NCBI GenBank assembly: GCA_934757865.1
Contig: CAKVLS010000001.1
Span: 243,545 to 267,544, forward strand
Direction: 5' to 3'
DNA: 24,000 nucleotides
DNA from: an uncultured Clostridia bacterium
Lineage (GTDB): Bacteria; Bacillota; Clostridia; Christensenellales; UBA1242
A model generated the notes under the pieces. That model was not told the DNA's origin. It worked only from the letters and a program-made list of their open reading frames with translations, and ran no database searches. Shown here in pieces: positions 8,762-15,719 of this stretch (position 1 is its first letter; each line of letters starts with the position of its first letter). Both the position numbers and the translations under genes were made by a program.

Positions 8762-9238
8762 ATGTTTACTAAGAAAAAGAAAATAATTATTTTAGCTAGC
8801 ATGGTGATGCTTTTGGTTATTACTGGGTTTTTGAATATCAAACTTAAATCAGGAGTTAATAAAACTCAAACTGTTTCTGGTTATAATTCAGCTACATTTT
8901 TTGAGACATATAGAGAAGATAGAACTTCTAATAGAAATGAGAGTATAGCGTATTATAATTCTATTATTTCGTCTACTTATTCTTCAAAAGAGGCTATAAA
9001 AACAGCTGAGGAAAAGAAGCAATTGCTTATCGAGAATATGACTCTTGAGCTTACTATGGAAGGACTTATTAAGGCAAAAGGTTTCAATGATGCAATAGTA
9101 TGTTGCAGTGATAGTTATATCAATGTCATCGTTAAAGCTGAGGCTTTGGCTGATAGCGAAGTAGCTCAAATAGTAGAAGTAGTGCAAGGTCAAACTCAAA
9201 AAGATATTGATTATATCAAAATTATTCCCGTAGAATAA
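8762..9238 (+). CDS. spoIIIAH: Stage III sporulation protein AH
   Basis: 158 aa with an AAGGGGG RBS. N-terminal TM anchor and a C-terminal YscJ/FliF-like region. Last gene of the operon. Confidence 0.75.
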   Translation: MFTKKKKIIILASMVMLLVITGFLNIKLKSGVNKTQTVSGYNSATFFETYREDRTSNRNESIAYYNSIISSTYSSKEAIKTAEEKKQLLIENMTLELTMEGLIKAKGFNDAIVCCSDSYINVIVKAEALADSEVAQIVEVVQGQTQKDIDYIKIIPVE

Positions 9239-9267
9239 TTGATTTTGAGACAATCCTATGATATAAT
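9239..9267 (+). promoter_or_regulatory. Sigma-A-type promoter upstream of asp23-family gene
   Basis: TTGATT (9239-9244), 17-nt spacer, extended -10 TGaTATAAT (9259-9267). Confidence 0.55.
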
Positions 9268-9292
9268 AACCAAGTAATTATAGGAGTCTATT

Positions 9293-9679
9293 ATGGCATT
9301 TAACGGAAATCTATATCAAGATAGTGATAACGGCAAAGTATTTTGTAACAAAAATATTATGCTTTCTATAATCAATTTGGCAGCAAAAGAGATTAGCGGT
9401 GTATCATCTCTTACAGCAAAATTTGGTAGCAGAATCAAAAGATGGCTTTCTCCTTCTAACTACTTTGAAGGGGTTAAGGTATCTGATAACAAAGACGGTA
9501 TCAATATAGATGTTTATATCAATGTATTCTTTGGGTATAGCGTGTCAGATGTAGCTTATAGAGTTCAAGAGAATATCAAAAACAACATCGCATCTATGCT
9601 TGACTCAAAGATAAATACCATCAATGTTCATGTTATGGGTGTTGATTTTTCTAAAGAAGAATTGTCAAAAAATATGTAA
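9293..9679 (+). CDS. Asp23/Gls24-family (alkaline shock) protein
   Basis: 128 aa with a TAGGAG RBS. The pattern (IAAKEISGVSSL... GINIDVYINVFFGYSVSDVAYRVQENIKNNI) is typical of the Asp23 family. It precedes nusB, as in many Firmicutes. Confidence 0.8.
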   Translation: MAFNGNLYQDSDNGKVFCNKNIMLSIINLAAKEISGVSSLTAKFGSRIKRWLSPSNYFEGVKVSDNKDGINIDVYINVFFGYSVSDVAYRVQENIKNNIASMLDSKINTINVHVMGVDFSKEELSKNM

Positions 9680-9686
9680 CAGATTT

Positions 9687-9711
9687 GCCTTCTTTTTAAG
9701 AAGGCTTTTTT
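9687..9711 (+). terminator. Rho-independent terminator between asp23-family gene and nusB
   Basis: Stem GCCTTCT (9687-9693) pairs with AGAAGGC (9699-9705). The loop is TTTTA and the U-tract spans 9706-9711. Confidence 0.75.
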
Positions 9712-9732
9712 GGTGAAAGGAAGAAATTTTTT

Positions 9733-10122
9733 ATGAGTAGAAGAAATTGTAGAGATAGTTTATTTAAGTTAATATTCGAATATCTATTTAACAAAGATAT
9801 GGTAGCTAATGAGGCGCTAGATAATATTGCAGAAGGCATGCCCATTGAGGACCAAAAGTATGTCCTAGATAACTTCGCAAGCATTGTAGAAAATTATGAT
9901 AAGCTTACAGCTACCATCGCAGATGCAACACAAGGTTATGAGCTAAAAAGAATATACAAGGTAGACCTTGCTATACTACTTGACGCTGTGTATGAGATAG
10001 AGTATCTAAAAGAGCCAGTAGCCGTTGTTATCAACGAAGCTGTAGAACTTGCTAAAAAGTATTCTAACGAAAAGAGCCCGTCATTTATTAACGGAATTTT
10101 GTCAAAAATAGTTAATAAATAG
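9733..10122 (+). CDS. nusB: Transcription antitermination factor NusB
   Basis: 129 aa. The conserved C-terminus (EAVELAKKYSNEKSPSFINGILSKI) is typical of NusB. xseA and xseB follow. Confidence 0.85.
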   Translation: MSRRNCRDSLFKLIFEYLFNKDMVANEALDNIAEGMPIEDQKYVLDNFASIVENYDKLTATIADATQGYELKRIYKVDLAILLDAVYEIEYLKEPVAVVINEAVELAKKYSNEKSPSFINGILSKIVNK

Positions 10123-10132
10123 AGGAGTAAAC

Positions 10133-11314
10133 ATGGGACTTAGAACATTAAGTGTTACTGAGGTTTCAAACTATGTAGCAAATGTCTTTGAGGCGGAAGA
10201 AATGCTGCATGACATCTCTGTAAGGGGAGAGGTTAGTGGATTCCAAATCAAAAGCGGTATAGCATATTTTTCGTTAAAAGATAGCAACTGCATTATTAGT
10301 TGTATAGCTTTTGGTGCGGAGAAATTTGGCGAGATAAAAAATGGTGACGATGTCTTAGCTGTTGGAACTGTTAGGTACTATGCTAAGGGCGGAAGACTTA
10401 ATTTTAATGTTTATAAACTTGAGCCGTACGGCATGGGTGATATATATAAGCAATTTTTGCTACTAAAAGAAAAACTAGAAAAAGAAGGACTTTTTGATAT
10501 AAAACATAAAAAGCCACTTCCAGAAAACATAAAAACAATAGGGGTAGTATCTTCAAGTACAGGCGCTGTTATACATGATATTATAGATGTGTCAACAAGG
10601 CGAAATCCTAGTATCAACATCAAACTTTTCCCTGCCAAAGTACAAGGAGAGGGGGCAGACCTTACTATAATTGATGGCTTAGAGTATTTTGAAAATACCG
10701 ATGTTGATGTAGTTATAGTAGCTCGTGGTGGTGGCTCGTATGAAGATTTGCAGCCATTTAACTCAGAAGCTCTTGCTAGAAAAGTATACGAGTGCAATAA
10801 AGTTATTGTTTCTGCGGTAGGACACGAAACAGATTATACAATTATAGATTTTGTGGCAGACCTTAGAGCTCCTACACCGTCAGCGGCAGCTGAAATCGTG
10901 ACTCAAGATGTCTTAGTATTAAGACAAAATATTGAAAATTTGAGGTATGACTTAGTATCTAATTTTGAAAATTTGGTTAACAAAAAGTTAGAGCTATTGC
11001 AAGAAAATAAAGATTTAATGCTAGAGAACTTTACAGATAATATTGATGCTAAGAAGTCTTATATTCTTGCCAAAAGCGAAGCTCTCGTTATGCTAAAAGA
11101 TAACATTTATGCTAAAAAAGAAGCTAAGACAAAGATGCTTACTAAACTTCTTGATAGCCTAAATCCTTTGCATATACTTATGAAAGGTTATAGCAAGATA
11201 TATAAGTCAGACAAAAATATTAAGAGTGTAAAAGACCTAAATGTTGGAGATACAGTTTCTATTGAACTTGTTGATGGAAAGGCTGTTGCCAACATTACAG
11301 GAGTTGAGGTATAG
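10133..11314 (+). CDS. xseA: Exodeoxyribonuclease VII large subunit
   Basis: 393 aa. N-terminal OB-fold pattern (SV.E...Y........L....V.GE.S), catalytic core (GVV.S..GA...D......RR.P; ARGGGS.EDL..FN; SA.GHE.D.T..DFVAD.RA.TPSAAAE) and a C-terminal coiled coil. Confidence 0.9.
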   Translation: MGLRTLSVTEVSNYVANVFEAEEMLHDISVRGEVSGFQIKSGIAYFSLKDSNCIISCIAFGAEKFGEIKNGDDVLAVGTVRYYAKGGRLNFNVYKLEPYGMGDIYKQFLLLKEKLEKEGLFDIKHKKPLPENIKTIGVVSSSTGAVIHDIIDVSTRRNPSINIKLFPAKVQGEGADLTIIDGLEYFENTDVDVVIVARGGGSYEDLQPFNSEALARKVYECNKVIVSAVGHETDYTIIDFVADLRAPTPSAAAEIVTQDVLVLRQNIENLRYDLVSNFENLVNKKLELLQENKDLMLENFTDNIDAKKSYILAKSEALVMLKDNIYAKKEAKTKMLTKLLDSLNPLHILMKGYSKIYKSDKNIKSVKDLNVGDTVSIELVDGKAVANITGVEV

Positions 11315-11317
11315 ATT

Positions 11318-11527
11318 ATGACATTTGAACAAAATGAAAAAAGACTTGAAGAAATAGTTAATCTTTTGCAAGGAGATGTTACCCTTGAAGAAGGCACTAA
11401 ACTTTTTGAAGAGGGCGCAAATCTTATTAAAGAAAGTTTGAGTCTTTTGACCAAAACAAAAGGTAAAATTGAAACAATAAACAAAGATTTAGATAAATTT
11501 ATAAATGATACAGAGGTTAATGAATAA
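11318..11527 (+). CDS. xseB: Exodeoxyribonuclease VII small subunit
   Basis: 69 aa. Begins FEQNEKRLEEIVNLLQ and lies immediately after xseA. Confidence 0.9.
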   Translation: MTFEQNEKRLEEIVNLLQGDVTLEEGTKLFEEGANLIKESLSLLTKTKGKIETINKDLDKFINDTEVNE

Positions 11528-13254
11528 TGTATTTATCAAAATTAGTTGGAGAGAGAAGTAAACAAACTCCAAGTGGAGCTATTGTAAAAAATCATATTAT
11601 GCTACTTAGAGCAGGATATATTAAGCAAGTAGCGTCTGGTATATATACTTTACTTATGCCAGCACAAAAGAGTATATTAAAAATAGAAAAAATCGTTCGT
11701 GACGAGATGGATAAAATCGGCGGACAAGAGATGTTGTTCCCAGTTGTTATGCCAAAAGAACTTTGGGACGAAAGTGGCAGATATTCTTCTATTGGCGATG
11801 AGATGGCAAGATTTAATGATAGAAACAACCATGGTATGGTACTAGGCATGACTCACGAAGAGGCAGCTGTACACACTGTTCGCAATATTATTAAGAGTTA
11901 TGATCAGTTGCCTGTTATGATCTACCAAATGCAAACAAAATTTAGAGATGAGCCTCGCCCAAGGGCTGGACTTATAAGAGTAAGAGAGTTTACTATGAAA
12001 GATGCTTATTCTTTCCATATGACTCAAGAAGATCTTGAAAAATATTATCAAGTTGTTTTTGATTCGTATAACCGCATCTTTAAGAAAATAGGTATGAAGA
12101 ACTTTATATCAGTTCAAAGTGATACTGGTATGATGGGTGGTAAAGTTGCTCATGAGTTTATGCTTCTTACACCATCAGGAGAGGACAATCTTGTACTATG
12201 CGATAGTTGTGATTATAGAGCTAATCAAGAGGTTGCTGATTGTGTATTTGAAAAAGTTAATGGTGAAGATAAGCCTCTTACACTTGTGGCAACTCCTCAT
12301 TGTAAGACTATTGATGAAGTTTGCAGCTTCCTAAAATCAAAACCTGAGCTAAGTTGCAAAGCTGTTTGCTATGCTGTTAAAGGCGATAACAACCGTAGCG
12401 TAGTTGTATTTATTAGAGGCGATTTAGAGGTTAATGAGATTAAACTAAGTAAGATTGTTAAAGCTGAAGTTGTTCCTAATGACTTAACTAATAGCAAGCT
12501 TGTTGCAGGTTTTATTGGACCTTACAACATAGAGCTTGATGACGGAACAGAAGTCGTTTTTGATAAATCTTTAGAATGTATGCAAGGACTTATTGCTGGT
12601 GGTAACAAAGAAGGCTTCCACTATGAGGGGCTTTCTATGTCAAGAGATGTAAAAGATGCTAAGTTCTATGATATAGCTAATGTTCAAGAGGGCATGACTT
12701 GTCCTAAGTGTGGTAAAGGTCATCTTCATCTAAGCAAAGGTATTGAAATAGGAAATATCTTCCAACTAGGTACTAAATACACTAAGAGTATGGGTATGAC
12801 TGTACATGATAAAGATGGCAATGAAATTAACCCAATCATGGGCTGCTATGGTATAGGTATAGGCAGAGCTCTTGGTAGTGTTCTTGAAGAGTGGAGTGAT
12901 GAAAAAGGACTTGTATTCCCAATGAGTATAGCTCCATGGCAAGTTGTTTTGTGTCCTTTGAGACTAAATGACGAAAAGGTTCTTGCAGAGACAAATAGAT
13001 TGTATGAAGAACTTACAAAGAGCGGAGTTGAAGTTCTTTATGATGATAGAGATATTTCAGCTGGTGCAAAGTTTGCCGAAAGCGAGCTTATGGGTATGCC
13101 AATAAGAGTGGTAGTAAGTCCAAGATCGTTAGAAAATGGCGAAGTTGAAATAACAATTCGTAAGTCTGGCGAAAAGATTATGGAAAAGGCAGAAAATGCT
13201 GTTTCAAAAGTAAAAGAATTGATTGCTGCCGAGATGAAAGAGTACAAGTGTTAG
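11527..13254 (+). CDS. proS: Prolyl-tRNA synthetase (bacterial type with editing insertion)
   Basis: 575 aa. Class II motifs (FRDE.RPRAGL.R.REF.MKDAYSF; GCYGIG..R), a central INS-like region and a C-terminal anticodon-binding domain. The start overlaps the xseB stop (TAATG). Confidence 0.9.
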   Translation: MYLSKLVGERSKQTPSGAIVKNHIMLLRAGYIKQVASGIYTLLMPAQKSILKIEKIVRDEMDKIGGQEMLFPVVMPKELWDESGRYSSIGDEMARFNDRNNHGMVLGMTHEEAAVHTVRNIIKSYDQLPVMIYQMQTKFRDEPRPRAGLIRVREFTMKDAYSFHMTQEDLEKYYQVVFDSYNRIFKKIGMKNFISVQSDTGMMGGKVAHEFMLLTPSGEDNLVLCDSCDYRANQEVADCVFEKVNGEDKPLTLVATPHCKTIDEVCSFLKSKPELSCKAVCYAVKGDNNRSVVVFIRGDLEVNEIKLSKIVKAEVVPNDLTNSKLVAGFIGPYNIELDDGTEVVFDKSLECMQGLIAGGNKEGFHYEGLSMSRDVKDAKFYDIANVQEGMTCPKCGKGHLHLSKGIEIGNIFQLGTKYTKSMGMTVHDKDGNEINPIMGCYGIGIGRALGSVLEEWSDEKGLVFPMSIAPWQVVLCPLRLNDEKVLAETNRLYEELTKSGVEVLYDDRDISAGAKFAESELMGMPIRVVVSPRSLENGEVEITIRKSGEKIMEKAENAVSKVKELIAAEMKEYKC

Positions 13255-13267
13255 GATATTTATTAGT

Positions 13268-13296
13268 AAGGGCGATTTTGTCGCCCTTATTTTTTT
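13268..13296 (+). terminator. Rho-independent terminator after proS
   Basis: Stem AAGGGCGA (13268-13275) pairs with TCGCCCTT (13281-13288). The loop is TTTTG and the U-tract runs to 13296. Confidence 0.85.
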
Positions 13297-13388
13297 GATC
13301 AAAATTGTATTGCTAATTTACTTTTGTCTATTATTTAACCCGAAAAAGTTTAATTTTTGAGCCAATTAGCTAATTACTTTGAAAACAC

Positions 13389-13417
13389 TTGAAAATTATC
13401 ATAATTTATGCTATAAT
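13389..13417 (+). promoter_or_regulatory. Near-consensus sigma-A promoter driving the large ncRNA
   Basis: TTGAAA (13389-13394), exact 17-nt spacer, extended -10 TGcTATAAT (13409-13417). Predicted start near 13424-13426. Confidence 0.7.
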
Positions 13418-13424
13418 CTCAATA

Positions 13425-14010
13425 TACATATATTAAGATACAGTATTCTAGTCGAGAGATGTTGTTTGGAAGGTGATTTAGTCATAAAGCACCATAGAGC
13501 ACATCGATGAAACTTCTGGTGTGTGCTTCGGTTGCCCAAACTGGGGTGCATGCTGGAAGGTAGAATTATGGAAGGACTATAACGGCATATAGTTTTCTCT
13601 CCATTTTTCGCGGAGGCTTATCTCGGTAAATAGGTCTAATGGTCTTATTTACTGACTAAGATTAAACCTGCTATGCGGCAAAATATAAAGCTGTGTACAG
13701 AGTAGCTTGCTATGAGTGGAGTATTGCGAATTAGTGTCTTAGTGGCTGTTTGCTGGCCGGCGACAGCTACTATCTGGCTATGAAACATATTCTGCAAAAA
13801 TAGATAAAAACGGCGTCTTTCGTTAAGGAAAACTTCTAGACTGTTAACAAGTATTTGTTTTGCTTATTAGGGATTATAGTGTGGTCTTATAGGCGATTTG
13901 GTTAGGCGAGTGGTAACACCGCCTTGCGGAGATTAAATGGAAACGGCTTGTGCGGCGACGGCAAGTTCTCAGTAGGGAAATCCTACCAAACCAATGCCGC
14001 AAGGTTTACT
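13425..14010 (+). ncRNA. ole: Large (~580 nt) highly structured non-coding RNA, best interpreted as an OLE-class (ornate, large, extremophilic) RNA
   Basis: No ORF in the supplied track occupies this gap on either strand. It has a dedicated promoter, and G+C is ~50% in several 60-nt blocks versus ~25% in flanking spacer (hand counts). Multiple helices are listed in the findings, including an 11-bp hairpin 13740-13772, a GUAA-capped hairpin 13905-13923, and a 14-bp long-range helix 13663-13680/13995-14008. No terminator precedes the downstream 4-TM protein gene. The neighbourhood (asp23, nusB, xseAB ... argR, recN) matches published OLE loci. The boundaries are approximate. The class assignment rests on context and architecture, not on a verified consensus match. 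Confidence 0.6.
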
Positions 14011-14076
14011 TAATAAGTATTCTTAATTAATATGTATATTTTTTATAATATAATGGAGTAGAATAAATAATTTATT

Positions 14077-14682
14077 ATGGAAAGTCCGAGTGGTGAAAAC
14101 CCGAATAGTACCAAACAAAAACCTCAAAAAGATAAAGTAACAACAAAGAATAAAAAACCTTTCAAATACGCATGGCCAATTAAAGCTGGTATATTAACAC
14201 TTATGCTTGCTCTTATGTTTGGCGTATTGTCAGAGGTGCTTTTGTCCAACGCAAGTATAGTTATAGCAATCATCGTTATAGTATTCCTTATGGCAATTAG
14301 TATTGTATTTGATCTTATAGGTGTTGCATTTGCTTGTTGTCCGTTGGAGCCTATTCTTGCAATGGCGTCAAGAAAGGTAAGAGGTAGTAAGGCTGCCATT
14401 GCCATGGTAAGAAGAGGAGACATTGTATCTTCTGTTTGCTCTGACATTATAGGTGATATGTGTGGTATCCTAAGTGGTGCTGCAGGTGCTGCTGTTGCGG
14501 CAAAAATTATTATGTCACAAACTGGAGCAGTAGCGGTAATTATTGCGTCTGTTGTATCAGCTGTTATTACAGCTCTTACTGTATTTGGTAAAGCTATGTG
14601 TAAGCGTCTTGCTGTTGAAAAATGTGTTCCTATTGTATCTTTTGTAAGTAAATTATTAAGCATTTTTAGTAAGAACAAATAA
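14077..14682 (+). CDS. oapA: Small four-TM membrane protein with a basic N-terminal tail, OapA-like (OLE-associated protein A candidate)
   Basis: 201 aa. Lys-rich N-terminus (KQKPQKDKVTTKNKKPFKY) followed by four predicted TM helices carrying intramembrane acidic residues (SIVFDLIG, CSDIIGDMCG). It lies directly downstream of the structured RNA with no intervening terminator. The Shine-Dalgarno is weak or absent (GGAG is 18 nt upstream). Confidence 0.6.
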   Translation: MESPSGENPNSTKQKPQKDKVTTKNKKPFKYAWPIKAGILTLMLALMFGVLSEVLLSNASIVIAIIVIVFLMAISIVFDLIGVAFACCPLEPILAMASRKVRGSKAAIAMVRRGDIVSSVCSDIIGDMCGILSGAAGAAVAAKIIMSQTGAVAVIIASVVSAVITALTVFGKAMCKRLAVEKCVPIVSFVSKLLSIFSKNK

Positions 14683-14717
14683 TCTAATAATATAGAAAAA
14701 TAATAGAGTAGTACCGA

Positions 14718-14746
14718 GTAGTACCTGTTTTGGGTGCTACTTTTTT
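14718..14746 (+). terminator. Rho-independent terminator after the OapA-like gene
   Basis: Stem GTAGTACC (14718-14725) pairs with GGTGCTAC (14733-14740), with one G-U pair. The U-tract spans 14741-14746. The left arm is part of a perfect tandem 10-nt duplication, GAGTAGTACC x2 (14706-14725). Confidence 0.75.
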
Positions 14747-14912
14747 ATTTTATTTAGAGATTTTGGGCTGTTTTAAGCTATCTTAGTCTCTACATTTTGT
14801 GATGGGGTTGTGTTTAATATTTTCGCTTATATACAATATTTTGTATACATTTATATTTATGCAATACTATATGTATGGTTTTTCTATTTTCTGTATGTTT
14901 ATGCAAAAAATT

Positions 14913-15017
14913 ATTGCATAAATATTCAAAAAGTACTTGCATAAATATTTATCAAAGTGTATAATTATGTTCGAGCGATTGAAAATTTATGCATAAATAT
15001 TTATGCATAATTATAAA
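14913..15017. promoter_or_regulatory. Cluster of ARG boxes (ArgR/AhrC operators) upstream of argR
   Basis: Four 18-bp sites have the form TGCAT-N4-ATTCA/ATTTA/ATAAA: 14913-14930 (atTGCATAAATATTCAaa), 14936-14953, 14988-15005 and 15002-15019. The last two form a perfect 20-bp palindrome, ATGCATAAATATTTATGCAT (14989-15008). Compare the ARG-box consensus TNTGAATWWWWATTCANW. Confidence 0.65.
14937..14965 (+). promoter_or_regulatory. Candidate sigma-A promoter of argR, overlapped by an ARG box
   Basis: TTGCAT (14937-14942), 17-nt spacer, TATAAT (14960-14965). Confidence 0.5.
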
Positions 15018-15043
15018 CCCCAAAAAAAAGGAGATATAGAGCT

Positions 15044-15502
15044 ATGACAAGATCTGTTAGACAATCTAAGATTTTGGATATCATTTCTGCATACGAGATT
15101 GAGACACAAGAAGATTTGGTTAATCAATTAAGAGCGGCTAACTTCGATGTAACACAAGCCACAATTAGCAGAGATATCAAAGAGCTTGGTCTTATCAAAA
15201 TACTTTCGTCTGAGAGCAATAAGTATAAGTATGCTGTTGTAGACGCTAGCGAAAAGCAGACTTCTAATAAGTATCTATATCTTTTTAAGGAATCGGTTAT
15301 TTCTATTAAGCAGGCACAATCTTTTGTTGTTCTTAAAACTCTTAAAGGTATGGCTAATGCTATATCTAATATGCTTGATAAATTTAACTTAGAGAACCTT
15401 ATGGGTTGTACTTTTGGCGATGATACTGTACTGGCTATTTTCCCAGACAGTACAGATAGTATCAAAGCTCTTGGAAAACTAACCGATATGTTTAATGCCT
15501 AA
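15044..15502 (+). CDS. argR: Arginine repressor
   Basis: 152 aa with an AAGGAG RBS. Winged-helix N-terminus (RQSKILDIISAYEIETQEDLVNQLRAANFDVTQATISRDIKELGLIK) and a C-terminal oligomerisation domain (GTFGDDTVLAIF). The conserved argR-recN pairing is present. Confidence 0.9.
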   Translation: MTRSVRQSKILDIISAYEIETQEDLVNQLRAANFDVTQATISRDIKELGLIKILSSESNKYKYAVVDASEKQTSNKYLYLFKESVISIKQAQSFVVLKTLKGMANAISNMLDKFNLENLMGCTFGDDTVLAIFPDSTDSIKALGKLTDMFNA

Positions 15503-15627
15503 ACGACTTAAAGTTTTTGACCACCACAAGAATGGCATATTCAAATAGTCAAAAGTCATAGCTAATTGATAATAAGCAGTATCTAATAGATAATAAATAA
15601 TATATATTATATTGTATAGATAAAAAA

Positions 15628-15662
15628 GAATCATTTGCGCTTATCTCGCAAGTGATTTTTTG
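15628..15662 (+). terminator. Rho-independent terminator after argR
   Basis: 10-bp stem ATCATTTGCG (15630-15639) pairs with CGCAAGTGAT (15647-15656), with one G-U pair. 7-nt loop, then U-tract 15657-15661. Confidence 0.8.
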
Positions 15663-15719
15663 TTATTTATTGTTGTTATTTTTGGTCATATTTGTTATAA
15701 TTTTAGCAGGTGGAATTTT

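Noticed and set aside
13364-13375. Perfect 12-bp palindrome AATTAGCTAATT just upstream of the ncRNA promoter
   Set aside because: It is short and AT-rich, so the prior for a chance occurrence in a 25% G+C spacer is high. It could be an UP element or an operator, but I have no supporting second copy or cognate regulator.
13255-14076. Interpreting the gap as a T-box, riboswitch leader or ordinary 5' UTR of the downstream gene
   Set aside because: About 580 nt of multi-domain structure is far larger than any riboswitch or T-box leader. No terminator/antiterminator pair precedes the ORF, and a T-box would be expected upstream of proS, not downstream. I also considered tmRNA, SRP RNA and 6S RNA, but saw none of their hallmark sequences or sizes.
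14079-14088. GGAAAGTCCG, resembling the RNase P RNA CR-I block (GAGGAAAGUCC), right after the structured region
   Set aside because: It lies at codons 1-4 of the 201-aa membrane-protein ORF. The downstream sequence is A-rich and unstructured and lacks the other conserved RNase P blocks, and the upstream RNA shows no RNase P architecture. I treat it as a chance match.
14124-14678. 184-aa antisense ORF mirroring the OapA-like gene
   Set aside because: It mirrors a GCN/ATN-rich membrane-protein frame (Ala/Ile/Thr-rich reverse translation) and has no start context. The plus-strand ORF has a coherent 4-TM topology and the locus logic supports it.
15529-15543. Possible LexA (Cheo) box upstream of recN: AGAATGGCATATTCA
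   Set aside because: The half-sites are GAAT/ATTC with a 5-nt spacer, whereas the Firmicute consensus is GAAC-N4-GTTC. The site also lies upstream of the argR terminator rather than near a recN promoter.
15660-15719. Upstream alternative starts in the ORF track: recN TTG 15660; also 5396 for spoIIIAB, 5955 for spoIIIAC, 21106 for the DD-carboxypeptidase, 22479 for M50, and 20236 for the PNP-like gene
   Set aside because: Each extension lacks an RBS, adds non-conserved residues, or lies inside a terminator. An internal ATG with a good Shine-Dalgarno reproduces the canonical N-terminus or signal peptide in every case.
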